Assembly (NCBI GenBank): GCA_017417215.1
Contig: JAFPZP010000083.1
Span: 906-64,905 of the forward strand
Length of the DNA stretch: 64,000 nucleotides
Direction: 5' to 3'
From: Candidatus Rifleibacteriota bacterium
Lineage (GTDB): Bacteria; Muiribacteriota; Ozemobacteria; Ozemobacterales; Ozemobacteraceae
In this document: positions 1 through 8,820 of the stretch, one piece after another
How the letters are laid out: each line of letters opens with the position of its first letter
Numbering within the stretch: position 1 is the first letter of the stretch
The notes under the pieces: generated by a model
Databases searched by the model: none
Told to the model about the DNA's origin: nothing
What the model saw: the letters and a program-made list of their open reading frames with translations, nothing else
Made by a program: the position numbers and the translations under genes

Positions 1-708
1 CTTTTGAACAAGTTTACGAGAAGCTTTGCGGAGTTTGTTAATTGTTTCAACCATATGTACAGGAATACGTATAGTTCTTGCCTGGTCTGCAATAGCTCTT
101 GTAATAGCTTGACGTATCCACCAAATTGCATAGGTGGAGAATTTGTACCCTTTTCTGTATTTGAATTTTTCAACAGCTCTGATAAGACCTTGGTTACCTT
201 CTTGAATCAAATCAAGGAAAAGCAAGCCACGTTTTGTATATTTCTTTGCTACAGAAACAACCAGTCTGAGGTTTGCTTCTATCAGTTTGCGCTGAGCATC
301 CTGATCACCATGTTCAATTCGTTTAGCCAAAGTAACTTCTTCTTGCATAGTAAGAAGTCTGATTTTACCTATTTCTCTGAGATAAACTCTAACCGAGTCA
401 TCAACATCTTCAAAATCAGCCTGCTGTTTTTCTTAGTCTTCTTCCTTCTTTTCTTCAACAACTGGAAGCTTTTTGTCAAGAACACTTTCATCATCATCAA
501 CAAGTTCAACGTTTTTATCCATCAATTCGTTGATGACTTCTTCAAACATTTCGGTAGACAAGCCATCAGGTAAAACCTTGTTAATGTCTTGATAAGACAA
601 ATAACCCTGAGTTGTACCCTTTTGTATAAGTTCAGCCCGAATTTCTTCGAGACTTCGAGGTTCGTTTTTAGTTGCAACTTTTTTGGCAGCTGCCTGTTCT
701 GTTGTCAT
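1..708 (-). CDS. rpoD: RNA polymerase primary sigma factor (sigma-70 family), 5' part; the gene runs off the left edge and carries an in-frame TAA at 433-435
   Basis: The minus strand reads [10 protein letters not shown]...[10 protein letters not shown] (acidic, region 1.1-like). After the TAA, the same frame continues [120 protein letters not shown] (regions 1.2 to 2.4). It starts 13 nt downstream of dnaG, the classical dnaG-rpoD order. ORF 4..573 (+) is its antisense shadow. Confidence 0.85.
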
Positions 709-720
709 AATGCTCCCTCA

Positions 721-2514
721 TCAATGTGAATTAACCAGCACATCAAATTGTCTCTTTACTTCTAATTGTTCCATGCTGATTTGCGCGATAGCAATATCAT
801 CACCACTATCTTCCGCATCACGTATTCGCTTTTGCAACAACTTAAGTTTCGTTTCTAGTCTTCTTCTAATCAATCCTTGTATACATTCCTTGAAAGGCAC
901 CTCTGGTCTATCTTCTAAAGTAGTAATCAACTCACTTAGTCGAGAAACCAGTTCTTCATTGTCAAGCAAAGCTAAAATTTCTGCCGGTTTTAGTGTACCC
1001 CCAGCAGCTTCCTGATTTAAACAGATTACTTCGTATATAGCACGCAAGCGTAAATCTGTGAAATCGTCAGAGCTTAGCATAGACTTGACCATTTCAATTT
1101 CTTCAGGTTGCTCAAGCAGATATTTAATTATCCATTCCTGTCTTTGAATTTCTGCATTGAGTTCTGGAGAGATAGTATTTTTTGCTTTCTTAGAGAATTC
1201 ACTCCCTTCAACTTTTTTACTTTCGAATTCCTTTTCAAGGACGTTTGGTTCGATATCAAGCAGTTTAGAAAGCTTGCGAATAACTTCGCTTTTAGCTATC
1301 GGGCTTTGAATTTCAAGAACCAGTTCTTTAAACTCCTGAATTAATTTTTCTTTTACAGGAATTTCGAAAGGTGGTTTCATTCCACGAGTACGTTTCTTCA
1401 CTAAGAAAGTATATATATCTTCTGCTTTTTCAAGCATTTTTTTAAAGTTTTCTCCACCTTCGCGAATGACGTAGGAATCAGGGTCGTCGGTGGGGTCATC
1501 AAAAACAACTACTCGAGCATTAACAGGAGAGTCCTTTTGCAAGGATATAGCTCTGACAGTAGCCTTTTGACCAGGTTCATCAGCATCGTAGCAGAAATAA
1601 AGATTTAAGTCTTTAGTTTTGCTGTTTCTTGCCAATAATTGAATTTGTTCAGAACCTATTGCTGTACCCAATGAAGCAACAGCGTTAGTAATTCCGTTCT
1701 GCCAAAGGCTTATTACATCTAAATAACCTTCTACAACAATAGCTTCATTCAATCTTCTTATAGTTGGCAAAGCATCACGGAAATTAAAAAGCATTCTTCT
1801 CTTATTGAAGGTTTCACTTTCCGCACTATTTAAATATTTGGGTTCTTGATCAGGGGAAAATACTCTTCCGCCAAAACCCGCAACTCTGCCGTGTACATCG
1901 ATAATAGGAATCATCAGTCTATTACGGAAAGTGTCGTAAAAACCGCTGTTACTCTTTTCGCTTTTTTTGATTAAATCGACTTTTTCCATTGCATTGAGCA
2001 TTCTTTGGTTTTTACCAATTCTATCTGTGAGGTAATTCCAAGAATCTGGAGCAAAACCGATTCTAAATTTTTTTGCAGTTTCTTCAGTAATACTTCTTTT
2101 TTTAAGGTAATCTCTAGCTATCTTACCTTCTGGGGCGTATAAAGCTTTTTCGAAAAGAGAAGCAGCATCATTTAAAACTGTATAAAGGTCTTCATGCCTT
2201 TCTGCTTCTGGGTCATAATCTTTAGGAATTTCAACTCCACATTTAGCAGCCAGAAATTTGACTACTTCAGGAAATGTAAGGTGTTCTAAATCCATTAAGA
2301 AAGTGAAAACATCTCCGCCTTTACCGCAACCAAAGCAGTGATAAATCTGTTTTTCGGGTAAGACGTGGAAACTAGGAGTTTTTTCTTTATGAAATGGACA
2401 AAGGGCTTTATATGTGCGACCAGAACTAATCAGGTGTACATATTCCCCAATAACTGAAATAATGTCTGTCTTATCACGGATCAGACTTATTGTTTCGCTA
2501 GATATGTAGCCCAA
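721..2514 (-). CDS. dnaG: DNA primase
   Basis: 597 aa. It has the CHC2 zinc finger CPFHKEKTPSFHV..CFGCGKGGD, a TOPRIM-type core (VVEGYLDVISL, CYDADEPGQKA) and a C-terminal helical domain. TTG start with an AAGGGG RBS. Confidence 0.95.
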   Translation of the reverse strand: MGYISSETISLIRDKTDIISVIGEYVHLISSGRTYKALCPFHKEKTPSFHVLPEKQIYHCFGCGKGGDVFTFLMDLEHLTFPEVVKFLAAKCGVEIPKDYDPEAERHEDLYTVLNDAASLFEKALYAPEGKIARDYLKKRSITEETAKKFRIGFAPDSWNYLTDRIGKNQRMLNAMEKVDLIKKSEKSNSGFYDTFRNRLMIPIIDVHGRVAGFGGRVFSPDQEPKYLNSAESETFNKRRMLFNFRDALPTIRRLNEAIVVEGYLDVISLWQNGITNAVASLGTAIGSEQIQLLARNSKTKDLNLYFCYDADEPGQKATVRAISLQKDSPVNARVVVFDDPTDDPDSYVIREGGENFKKMLEKAEDIYTFLVKKRTRGMKPPFEIPVKEKLIQEFKELVLEIQSPIAKSEVIRKLSKLLDIEPNVLEKEFESKKVEGSEFSKKAKNTISPELNAEIQRQEWIIKYLLEQPEEIEMVKSMLSSDDFTDLRLRAIYEVICLNQEAAGGTLKPAEILALLDNEELVSRLSELITTLEDRPEVPFKECIQGLIRRRLETKLKLLQKRIRDAEDSGDDIAIAQISMEQLEVKRQFDVLVNSH

Positions 2515-2565
2515 TTCAAACCCCTTAAGTTATCAGAAACCGTACATTCCTATTCGGAAAATTAT

Positions 2566-2594
2566 AGTATAAAGAAATAAAATAGAAGTGTCAA
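2566..2594 (-). promoter_or_regulatory. sigma-70-type promoter upstream of dnaG (TTGACA-17-TATACT)
   Basis: The reverse complement of 2566-2594 is TTGACActtctattttatttcttTATACT. This is a consensus -35 with a 17-nt spacer, about 50 nt upstream of the dnaG start. Confidence 0.5.
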
Positions 2595-2756
2595 GGGGGG
2601 AGCAAGAGTCAAATTTATTGAGATATAGGATATAAGATATAAGATATAAGATTGAAGATATAAGATTGAAGAACAATAGAGCGGACAGCAATCAAAGTTT
2701 GGGTATTAGTGATTGGTGATAGGTGGTGGGTGGTGAAGATGTGAGATATGAGAAGT

Positions 2757-2829
2757 CTACACATTTGTCATAAAAAGTATAGCGTATAGGCTTCAGCCCT
2801 GAAAGCTATACATTTATGACAATGGGTAG
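2757..2829. repeat. 73-nt palindromic intergenic element, family A, copy 1
   Basis: The sequence is ctacacatttgtcataaaaagtatagcgtataggcttcagccctgaaagctatacatttatgacaatgggtag. The arms are complementary around a central GC-rich tip. Five other 73-nt copies occur in the window. Confidence 0.9.
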
Positions 2830-2849
2830 AGTACAAAAGAGTTAAGAAA

Positions 2850-2905
2850 TGTGAAATGAGAAATGAGAAATGAGAATTGAGAGTTGAGAGTTGAGAGTTG
2901 AGAAA
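2850..2905 (+). repeat. tandem 7-mer tract (TGAGARW) x8
   Basis: The units read tgtgaaa tgagaaa tgagaaa tgagaat tgagagt tgagagt tgagagt tgagaaa. The same 7-mer recurs at 11443-11477 and 13781-13808. Confidence 0.9.
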
Positions 2906-2977
2906 TATCTTTATATGTCCTCAAAAGTATGGTAAAGTATTTAATCTTTTGCTGACAGTTTAAGGTGTGTACAAAGC

Positions 2978-4999
2978 ATGAAAAAACTATATTATTTTCT
3001 AATATTTATAATTGTTATTTCAACAATATTAATAATTTACTCTGTTGAGGGGATGAAATCTTCGTATTTATTTAATTCAAATTCAAATGAAATTAAAGCT
3101 GCTTCACTAGCATTAAATCAATTAAAGAGAGATTCCAGCGAAACTTTTGGCATTCAGAAAGAATTAAATCGTTTTTATGTTTTGTTAATGGAAAACAAGT
3201 GTACAGCAAAAGAATTAGAAGAACGTTGTCTTGATTTCAATAACGCCGGTTACAAATTTGTAAAAATGAGGTTCTTCAATAAAAAGCACAATAATGTCAG
3301 CATAAGAAACTATACCGATGATGATATAGTGAACGGAGCATTTCAGAGACTATATTCCGCATTGGTCACCTATCGTTCTACCGGGGATAATACTTTAATA
3401 AAAAGATACCGCTCTTTATTTGAAACTTTATTAGGTGCAGTAGACTTAGAAAAAATAGCAAAAGAAACTTCCACATTGATTCCCGTAACTCTAAGCGGGA
3501 AACCAGGTTATATTTATTGGAATGTATATGAAGACCAGGTTGAAACTCACGACATAGGCGGAATGATGGCTTGGATAAGAAGTTCAGAAATTCCAACAAG
3601 ATTCTTATATCAAAAAGTTGTCGACAAATACAATATGTATTCATCAGCAAATGAAAACAAACAGATATTTGCATTTGTTGACACTAATATGAATGGTTTT
3701 TTATATCCAGAAAACATTATAAATACTATTCCTGACTTTTATTTAAAAGAATTGATTCTTAAGCTTCAGGAATTGAAAGCCTGTTTAAGAAGCCACGATA
3801 AAATGAGTAATTATTTGCTCAGCTATATTGAACTTGGAAACGGGCGTTATTTCTTTTGTCTGACAGCAAGTACCAATGAAGTTATAGCTAATATAGCAAC
3901 TATTATTTTCGATATGATAATAATAATCGGAGCCATATTATTATCTGCTTCGCTTTATAAAATAGCTTCAACTATTGATAATTCAAAAACAAATAGTTTT
4001 GAAGAAACTTCTGAAAACACTACCTCTAGTGTACCTTCAAACTCAGAAAAGAAATTAAATAATATTTATAGATTAAATAAATATGCGATTTTATCTACTA
4101 TCTATTTGCTGATCAGTCTTATTATATTTTTTGTAAGTGTAAACATATTCGTAAGCAGATTTTCCAACAAGAATAAAAAAGAGAAAATACATTCAAATTT
4201 ATTATCTGTTATAGACTGGCTTGATGAAGGTTATGATATAGCCAAAAAAGAACTGTCTGACAAATGGCTAATGTTAGCAAAAGATGAAGATATAAAATCC
4301 TTAAATCAAGAAGCGATTAACAATATTGCAAATTCATTGAAAAAAGAACATTCCATAGACAGATTATTTATTACTGATAAAAATGGAAAAATACTCTATT
4401 CATTAACCAATGATACTAATAGTAGTATTTTTAACAAAATCATTCCTGTAATAGGCAGGAAAATTGCTTCTGAACGTTTTGGCACCGAAGAAAGCTGGAA
4501 CAGTAAAATAGATAGCCTTATGGTTAATTCTATTGGCCAAAGTTTTTCTGAATTAATCGGAGACAATGCTCTTAAAATACTTAAAGCTTTTGAAAACTTT
4601 GATACTGTTTCAGAAATTGATTTAGGCAATAAACGCCATTTAATCTTTTCAACTCTTATAGAATCACAAAACAATGAAAAGTATGTAATGATAATATGGC
4701 TGGATTCCCAGTATTTTAGCCAGGATTATTTAGTTAATAAGATAAAAGATTCGCAATCATTACCAGAAAATCTTAAACAAATAATGCTTGCAATGGTTCC
4801 TATACATTTGGATAATCAGCCATATCCTCCAGAAATTACTAAGTATTCATTCTCAAGAGATGTAACAGAACGAATAAAATATACAAAGCGTTCTAGTGAT
4901 TTTATGACAAAAATTGGAGATCAGAACTATTATGGAATAGGAACAATTCTGAGTTCTATTCCAAACTATGTAATATTTGCTCTTCAAGCAGAAGAATAA
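2978..4999 (+). CDS. hypothetical multi-pass membrane protein (673 aa)
   Basis: Long ORF with an N-terminal TM (YYFLIFIIVISTILIIY) and two central hydrophobic segments (IIFDMIIIIGAILLSASL, AILSTIYLLISLIIFFVSVNIF). I recognise no domain. Confidence 0.6.
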   Translation: MKKLYYFLIFIIVISTILIIYSVEGMKSSYLFNSNSNEIKAASLALNQLKRDSSETFGIQKELNRFYVLLMENKCTAKELEERCLDFNNAGYKFVKMRFFNKKHNNVSIRNYTDDDIVNGAFQRLYSALVTYRSTGDNTLIKRYRSLFETLLGAVDLEKIAKETSTLIPVTLSGKPGYIYWNVYEDQVETHDIGGMMAWIRSSEIPTRFLYQKVVDKYNMYSSANENKQIFAFVDTNMNGFLYPENIINTIPDFYLKELILKLQELKACLRSHDKMSNYLLSYIELGNGRYFFCLTASTNEVIANIATIIFDMIIIIGAILLSASLYKIASTIDNSKTNSFEETSENTTSSVPSNSEKKLNNIYRLNKYAILSTIYLLISLIIFFVSVNIFVSRFSNKNKKEKIHSNLLSVIDWLDEGYDIAKKELSDKWLMLAKDEDIKSLNQEAINNIANSLKKEHSIDRLFITDKNGKILYSLTNDTNSSIFNKIIPVIGRKIASERFGTEESWNSKIDSLMVNSIGQSFSELIGDNALKILKAFENFDTVSEIDLGNKRHLIFSTLIESQNNEKYVMIIWLDSQYFSQDYLVNKIKDSQSLPENLKQIMLAMVPIHLDNQPYPPEITKYSFSRDVTERIKYTKRSSDFMTKIGDQNYYGIGTILSSIPNYVIFALQAEE

Positions 5000-5080
5000 T
5001 CTAAAAAAAATTGAAATTAACTAATAACAGACCTCTTGCAAATATTTGATAATTTGTTATATTTAGATATTAGGGAATAT

Positions 5081-6100
5081 ATGAAAAAATATAGTTTAAT
5101 AGCATTTATAATATCTATAATGTTGGCTAACACAGGATTTTGTTCAGCCATAAATCCTGCTGCTGATGAATTTTACAAAAAAGCAGAAGCTGCTTTTAGA
5201 GGGAAAGACTTATCTGGTGCAGAAAAAGACCTTCTCGAAGCCTTGAAACTTGAACCAGATAATGCAATTTACAGATATATTCTTGCCCAGGTTCAATTTA
5301 TGCAAAACAATTTCATTGAATCTAAGAATAATATGGAAATAGTCTCTCATTCGAGACCTTCACAAGAAAAAGGGGCAGAATACAATAACAAATTAAAGAA
5401 TTTTAAATCTAAAATAAAAGATCTCCAAAGTAAGTTTAATGCTGCTGGAGATTCACGTTTTTCTGTTTATCAGAAGAACATAAACAGCCCTCAAAAGCTT
5501 AAACTGGCAGTAACTGCATATCAAGCATTCAGACTTAATCCTCCGCTGCGTTATAAGAATCTAAAAGTTCTTGAAGAAATTACAGGTATTTATGAAGACA
5601 ACCTGCAAAAATCTTTTGATGGCACAGAATGGCAAAAAGAACCAATGCTTCAGCTTGCTTTCCTTTATGAAATTGCAAATAAAAAAGACAAAGCTGCTGA
5701 AGTATATATGCGTGCATTAGATTATATTCAGGACCCCAACGAAGAATTTGTTATTACTCATAAATTTGACTATTTAAATCGTTCTAACAAAGAAAAGCTT
5801 TTAGATACCATTGAAGCAGGCGATTTCTCTAGACAAGATATTGAAGAATTGATTGGTACTGATACAGATAAAGTCAGTGAAGAAGACAAGAAGAAAATTG
5901 AAGGCATGATTGATGATGCTCAGGCAAAACTTCAGAATGCCAGCTCTCAAGAAGAAAGAGAGCAAGTCTTAGAAGAAATAAAGAATTCAATTCTTGAAAA
6001 GCAGAAAGCTGGCGAATTGCCTGGTCAAGATAAGTTAAAAGAACGCCTTGAAAAAGAAGGTAAGACCATGGAGGACTACCTGAAAGAAAAGGGTCTCTGA
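5081..6100 (+). CDS. TPR-like secreted protein or lipoprotein with an acidic, lysine-rich C-terminus
   Basis: I prefer the ATG at 5081 (MKKYSLIAFIISIMLANTGFCSA, signal or lipobox-like) over the TTG at 5036. The N-terminus has a TPR-like helix pair (AEAAFRGKDLSGAEKDLLEALKLEPDNA). Confidence 0.55.
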   Translation: MKKYSLIAFIISIMLANTGFCSAINPAADEFYKKAEAAFRGKDLSGAEKDLLEALKLEPDNAIYRYILAQVQFMQNNFIESKNNMEIVSHSRPSQEKGAEYNNKLKNFKSKIKDLQSKFNAAGDSRFSVYQKNINSPQKLKLAVTAYQAFRLNPPLRYKNLKVLEEITGIYEDNLQKSFDGTEWQKEPMLQLAFLYEIANKKDKAAEVYMRALDYIQDPNEEFVITHKFDYLNRSNKEKLLDTIEAGDFSRQDIEELIGTDTDKVSEEDKKKIEGMIDDAQAKLQNASSQEEREQVLEEIKNSILEKQKAGELPGQDKLKERLEKEGKTMEDYLKEKGL

Positions 6101-6112
6101 TTCTATAGTTTT

Positions 6113-6481
6113 ATGGTTCAATTTCAGCACTCTATCTTGATTTTTCATGGTTCTTCAAGTTTAGAATCCCAAAAAACTATAAATAAGTTTATTGAATCTA
6201 TCAAAAGTCAGAGTAAGCTTTCTTTTTCTGTATGTTATTTAAAAGAAAGTTCCCCTACTCTCTCAGACGCACTTACTAACGCCTTAAATGAAGGGAAAAC
6301 AGAAATAACCTGTTTCCCTTTATTTCTTTTGCCTGGCTCACATGTTTTAAAAGACATTCCTAAGATAGTTGAAGATTTTAAGCATGAGCACCCAGAATGT
6401 AATATTAAACTGCTACCTTGTTTAGCAGAAAAAGCAAGTTTTGTTGATTACACAATAAAAGTTTTAGAGAACAACAAATGA
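6113..6481 (+). CDS. small CbiX/SirB-like chelatase-fold protein
   Basis: 122 aa. ILIFHGSSS ... CFPLFLLPGSHVLKDIPKIV matches the HGS ... P-L-F-L-x-x-G-x-H-x-x-x-D-I-P pattern of CbiX(S). The stop overlaps the next gene's start (ATGA). Confidence 0.55.
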   Translation: MVQFQHSILIFHGSSSLESQKTINKFIESIKSQSKLSFSVCYLKESSPTLSDALTNALNEGKTEITCFPLFLLPGSHVLKDIPKIVEDFKHEHPECNIKLLPCLAEKASFVDYTIKVLENNK

Positions 6482-7446
6482 CAGAAAATCAACCATCTTT
6501 AAAAAAGCTTAAATTCAAACTTACTTTTAATCTATTTATAAGCATAGTCTTGTTATTAGGTTCTTTAGCAACTTTCATATATGGTTATCAGTTAACCCAA
6601 AAGCCTGTTTTAGTTGTTCTATTATTTCATGAAGCCTTGAAAAAGCCTCTAAATCCTTGGGAAATCACAGACAACACATTAGAAAAGTATATAGAAAAGT
6701 TTTTGGCATTAAAATATAAGCCTGTAGATCCGGAAAACTTTGAAAACATGCTTTCCCAAGGCTTTAAGGGAAGAAATTTTTTAGTAACTTTTGATGATGG
6801 AACAGAAAACGAATATAGAAGTATAGAAAACCTTTACAAAAAATATAAGATTAAATCTGTTTTGTTTCTAATAGAAGAATACGTTGATCTCGCACCCAAT
6901 TTATCTACAGAGCAGATAAAAAAGCTTCAAAAAGATTATGGAACATGTATTGGATTACATGGTAAATACCATGAGAAATATTCAGAACAGATTAAAAACA
7001 GAGATTTAGGTGGAATAACAGAGGAAGCCAGACAAAGACTTAACTCAAAGTTGGGTTGTAATATAAAATGGCTTGCTTATCCATTTGGGGATTATAACAA
7101 AGCTGTTATTGAAGATTTAAAGAATAAAACTGCAATAGATTTAGCCTTTACCATTGAATCAGGAAATATAAGTGATAATACAGACAAATTTATGATTAAT
7201 CGTTATATGTATATGGGTGGAATAGAACCTGGCGGAGAAGACGAAAACTTTAATCTGAATCTGTTTCCACCAGAAAGCTACCTCAATGGCCAGCTATTAA
7301 TTACTCTTTCAACGATGGTATTTTTCTTCTCTATAAGCAGAGTTTTAATGACTTGGAAATATTATAAAGCCTTAGCTGTTTTGAGAATGAAGATTGAAGA
7401 GAGAAGATTGAAGGAAGAAAATAAAAGAGAAGAAACTGAAGATTAA
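6478..7446 (+). CDS. polysaccharide deacetylase (NodB homology domain), membrane anchored
   Basis: It has the motifs FLVTFDDGTENEY, IGLHGKYHEKY and LAYPFGDYN, with TM segments at the N- and C-termini. Confidence 0.75.
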   Translation: MTENQPSLKKLKFKLTFNLFISIVLLLGSLATFIYGYQLTQKPVLVVLLFHEALKKPLNPWEITDNTLEKYIEKFLALKYKPVDPENFENMLSQGFKGRNFLVTFDDGTENEYRSIENLYKKYKIKSVLFLIEEYVDLAPNLSTEQIKKLQKDYGTCIGLHGKYHEKYSEQIKNRDLGGITEEARQRLNSKLGCNIKWLAYPFGDYNKAVIEDLKNKTAIDLAFTIESGNISDNTDKFMINRYMYMGGIEPGGEDENFNLNLFPPESYLNGQLLITLSTMVFFFSISRVLMTWKYYKALAVLRMKIEERRLKEENKREETED

Positions 7447-7464
7447 GGGGAAAAGATTGAATAA

Positions 7465-7823
7465 GCGGAATGACCTATAAGCCGGGTTCTGTGCCTCAAT
7501 TAAGAGGTGCCAATCATCTATCTTGGACTAGAATTACTCCCAGCCTCCAGCGATTTACCCGAGGTAGATAACGAAGCGGGCCACTTCTTCCTCTGTTTAA
7601 TCTTGCTTCGAGTGAGGTTTACCGAATGAACTGTCACCAGCCCATTAGTGCGCTCTTACCGCACTTTTTCACCCTTACCGATTGCTCGGCGGTATACTTT
7701 CTGTTGCACTGTCTGTCCTGCTGAAATTTCTCTCAGCAAGCCTGGATGTTATCCAGCACCCTGCCCTGGGAAGCCCGGACTTTCCTCATTCCGTAAAGGA
7801 ACGCGATTGACCAGTCATTCCGC
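7465..7823 (-). ncRNA. rnpB: RNase P RNA (bacterial, motif order like E. coli M1 RNA)
   Basis: The minus strand contains GAGGAAAGTCCGGGC, CAGGGTGC, GTGCAACAGAAAG, GGTAAGGGTGAAA, GTGCGGTAAGAGCGCAC and ACAGAACCCGGCTTAT. The P1 helix is formed by GCGGAATGAC (5' end, 7814-7823) pairing with GTCATTCCGC (3' end, 7465-7474). Confidence 0.93.
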
Positions 7824-7834
7824 AAATTCAATTC

Positions 7835-8815
7835 TTAATCAACTCTGACATTTCTTCTTACGCCTGACAAACGCATTTTCAAGCCAGACATACCTGATGG
7901 ATATATAGGCTCTTTTTTACGTCTTGTCAAACCGCATTTTTCACAAACATATATTTTTCTTTGTAATCCAAGAGTTTTATCACCGGGTTCTTTTAGAACT
8001 TCTTTTGTTACTTTAAGACTGCCACCGCACTTTGGACAACGTTCAACAAAGAAAATTATATAAATAAAGAAGAATACAGCCAAAAGACCTAAGAATACTT
8101 CTTTATAAGACCATAAAAACTCTGTCAAATCAAAGGTTTTAGGTTCATTTGTTACTCGGTCTTTATCTCTGGCTAATTCATCGAGCAACATACGTTTTAT
8201 GGTAAGAATACCTTCCATAAAGCCTTTGCCATCATTATTATCTGCATTATTAGGCAAAATAACCTGATTAAGTATTTTTTCGCCCATTTCTTTAGAGATT
8301 AGATATTTGAGACCTATACCAACCTTAATAAGAATTTTGCCATGGGCAGAGCCTTCTGGAAGAATGGCATATATTAGAATACCTCTTTTATCAAGACCAA
8401 TAGAGCGTATCCATTCTGCGAAAAAGCCATCAGCCTTTAACTGACCATCATTTATATCTTTTACGGCTTCTGTTTTAACAAGTATTCTGATACGTGCCTG
8501 TTTTTCTATTTCTATACAATATGCAGCAATAGGCTTTTTGTATTCTGCATTTATAATAGAAGCAGAATCTTCGATATATCTAGCAACATCTACATCTGTA
8601 ATCATAGAAATATCTGGAGCATCTGATTTTTCAATGTTTTCTTGAGGTTTTGCTATATCTGAAGTATTAGAAGCTTTTTCAGTTTTTGTGGTATCTGAAG
8701 CAAGAGAAGCGTTATTGGTTTCTTGACCTAAAACTTTTACAGGGGAAGCTAACAGCCCCAAAAACAAGCAAATAAAAACAACAAAAAAACTATATTTTAA
8801 AAGATAGCATTTCAT
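7835..8815 (-). CDS. TPM-domain protein with a C-terminal TM and zinc ribbon
   Basis: I prefer the start at 8815 (MKCYLLKYSFFVVFICLFLGLLASP, a signal peptide). The core WIRSIGLDKRGILIYAILPEG..KILIKVGIGLKYLISKEMGEKILNQVILP resembles a TPM domain. The C-terminus has CPKCGG...CEKCG. Confidence 0.5.
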   Translation of the reverse strand: MKCYLLKYSFFVVFICLFLGLLASPVKVLGQETNNASLASDTTKTEKASNTSDIAKPQENIEKSDAPDISMITDVDVARYIEDSASIINAEYKKPIAAYCIEIEKQARIRILVKTEAVKDINDGQLKADGFFAEWIRSIGLDKRGILIYAILPEGSAHGKILIKVGIGLKYLISKEMGEKILNQVILPNNADNNDGKGFMEGILTIKRMLLDELARDKDRVTNEPKTFDLTEFLWSYKEVFLGLLAVFFFIYIIFFVERCPKCGGSLKVTKEVLKEPGDKTLGLQRKIYVCEKCGLTRRKKEPIYPSGMSGLKMRLSGVRRNVRVD

Positions 8816-8820
8816 AAGTT

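Noticed and set aside
4-573. 189-aa ORF on the + strand at the left edge
   Set aside because: It lies antisense to a clear sigma-70 coding frame (regions 1.2 to 2.4). Its low-complexity Phe/Asn/Ser-rich translation is typical of a shadow ORF in AT-rich DNA.
5036-5080. Upstream alternative starts from the ORF track (5036, 8860, 36411, 30688, 57507)
   Set aside because: Internal ATG codons at 5081, 8815, 36456, 30676 and 57696 give proper signal peptides or TM starts. They have better RBS spacing or avoid overlap with neighbouring genes.
7648-7848. 66-aa ORF on the + strand
   Set aside because: It lies entirely within and antisense to the RNase P RNA gene (7465-7823).
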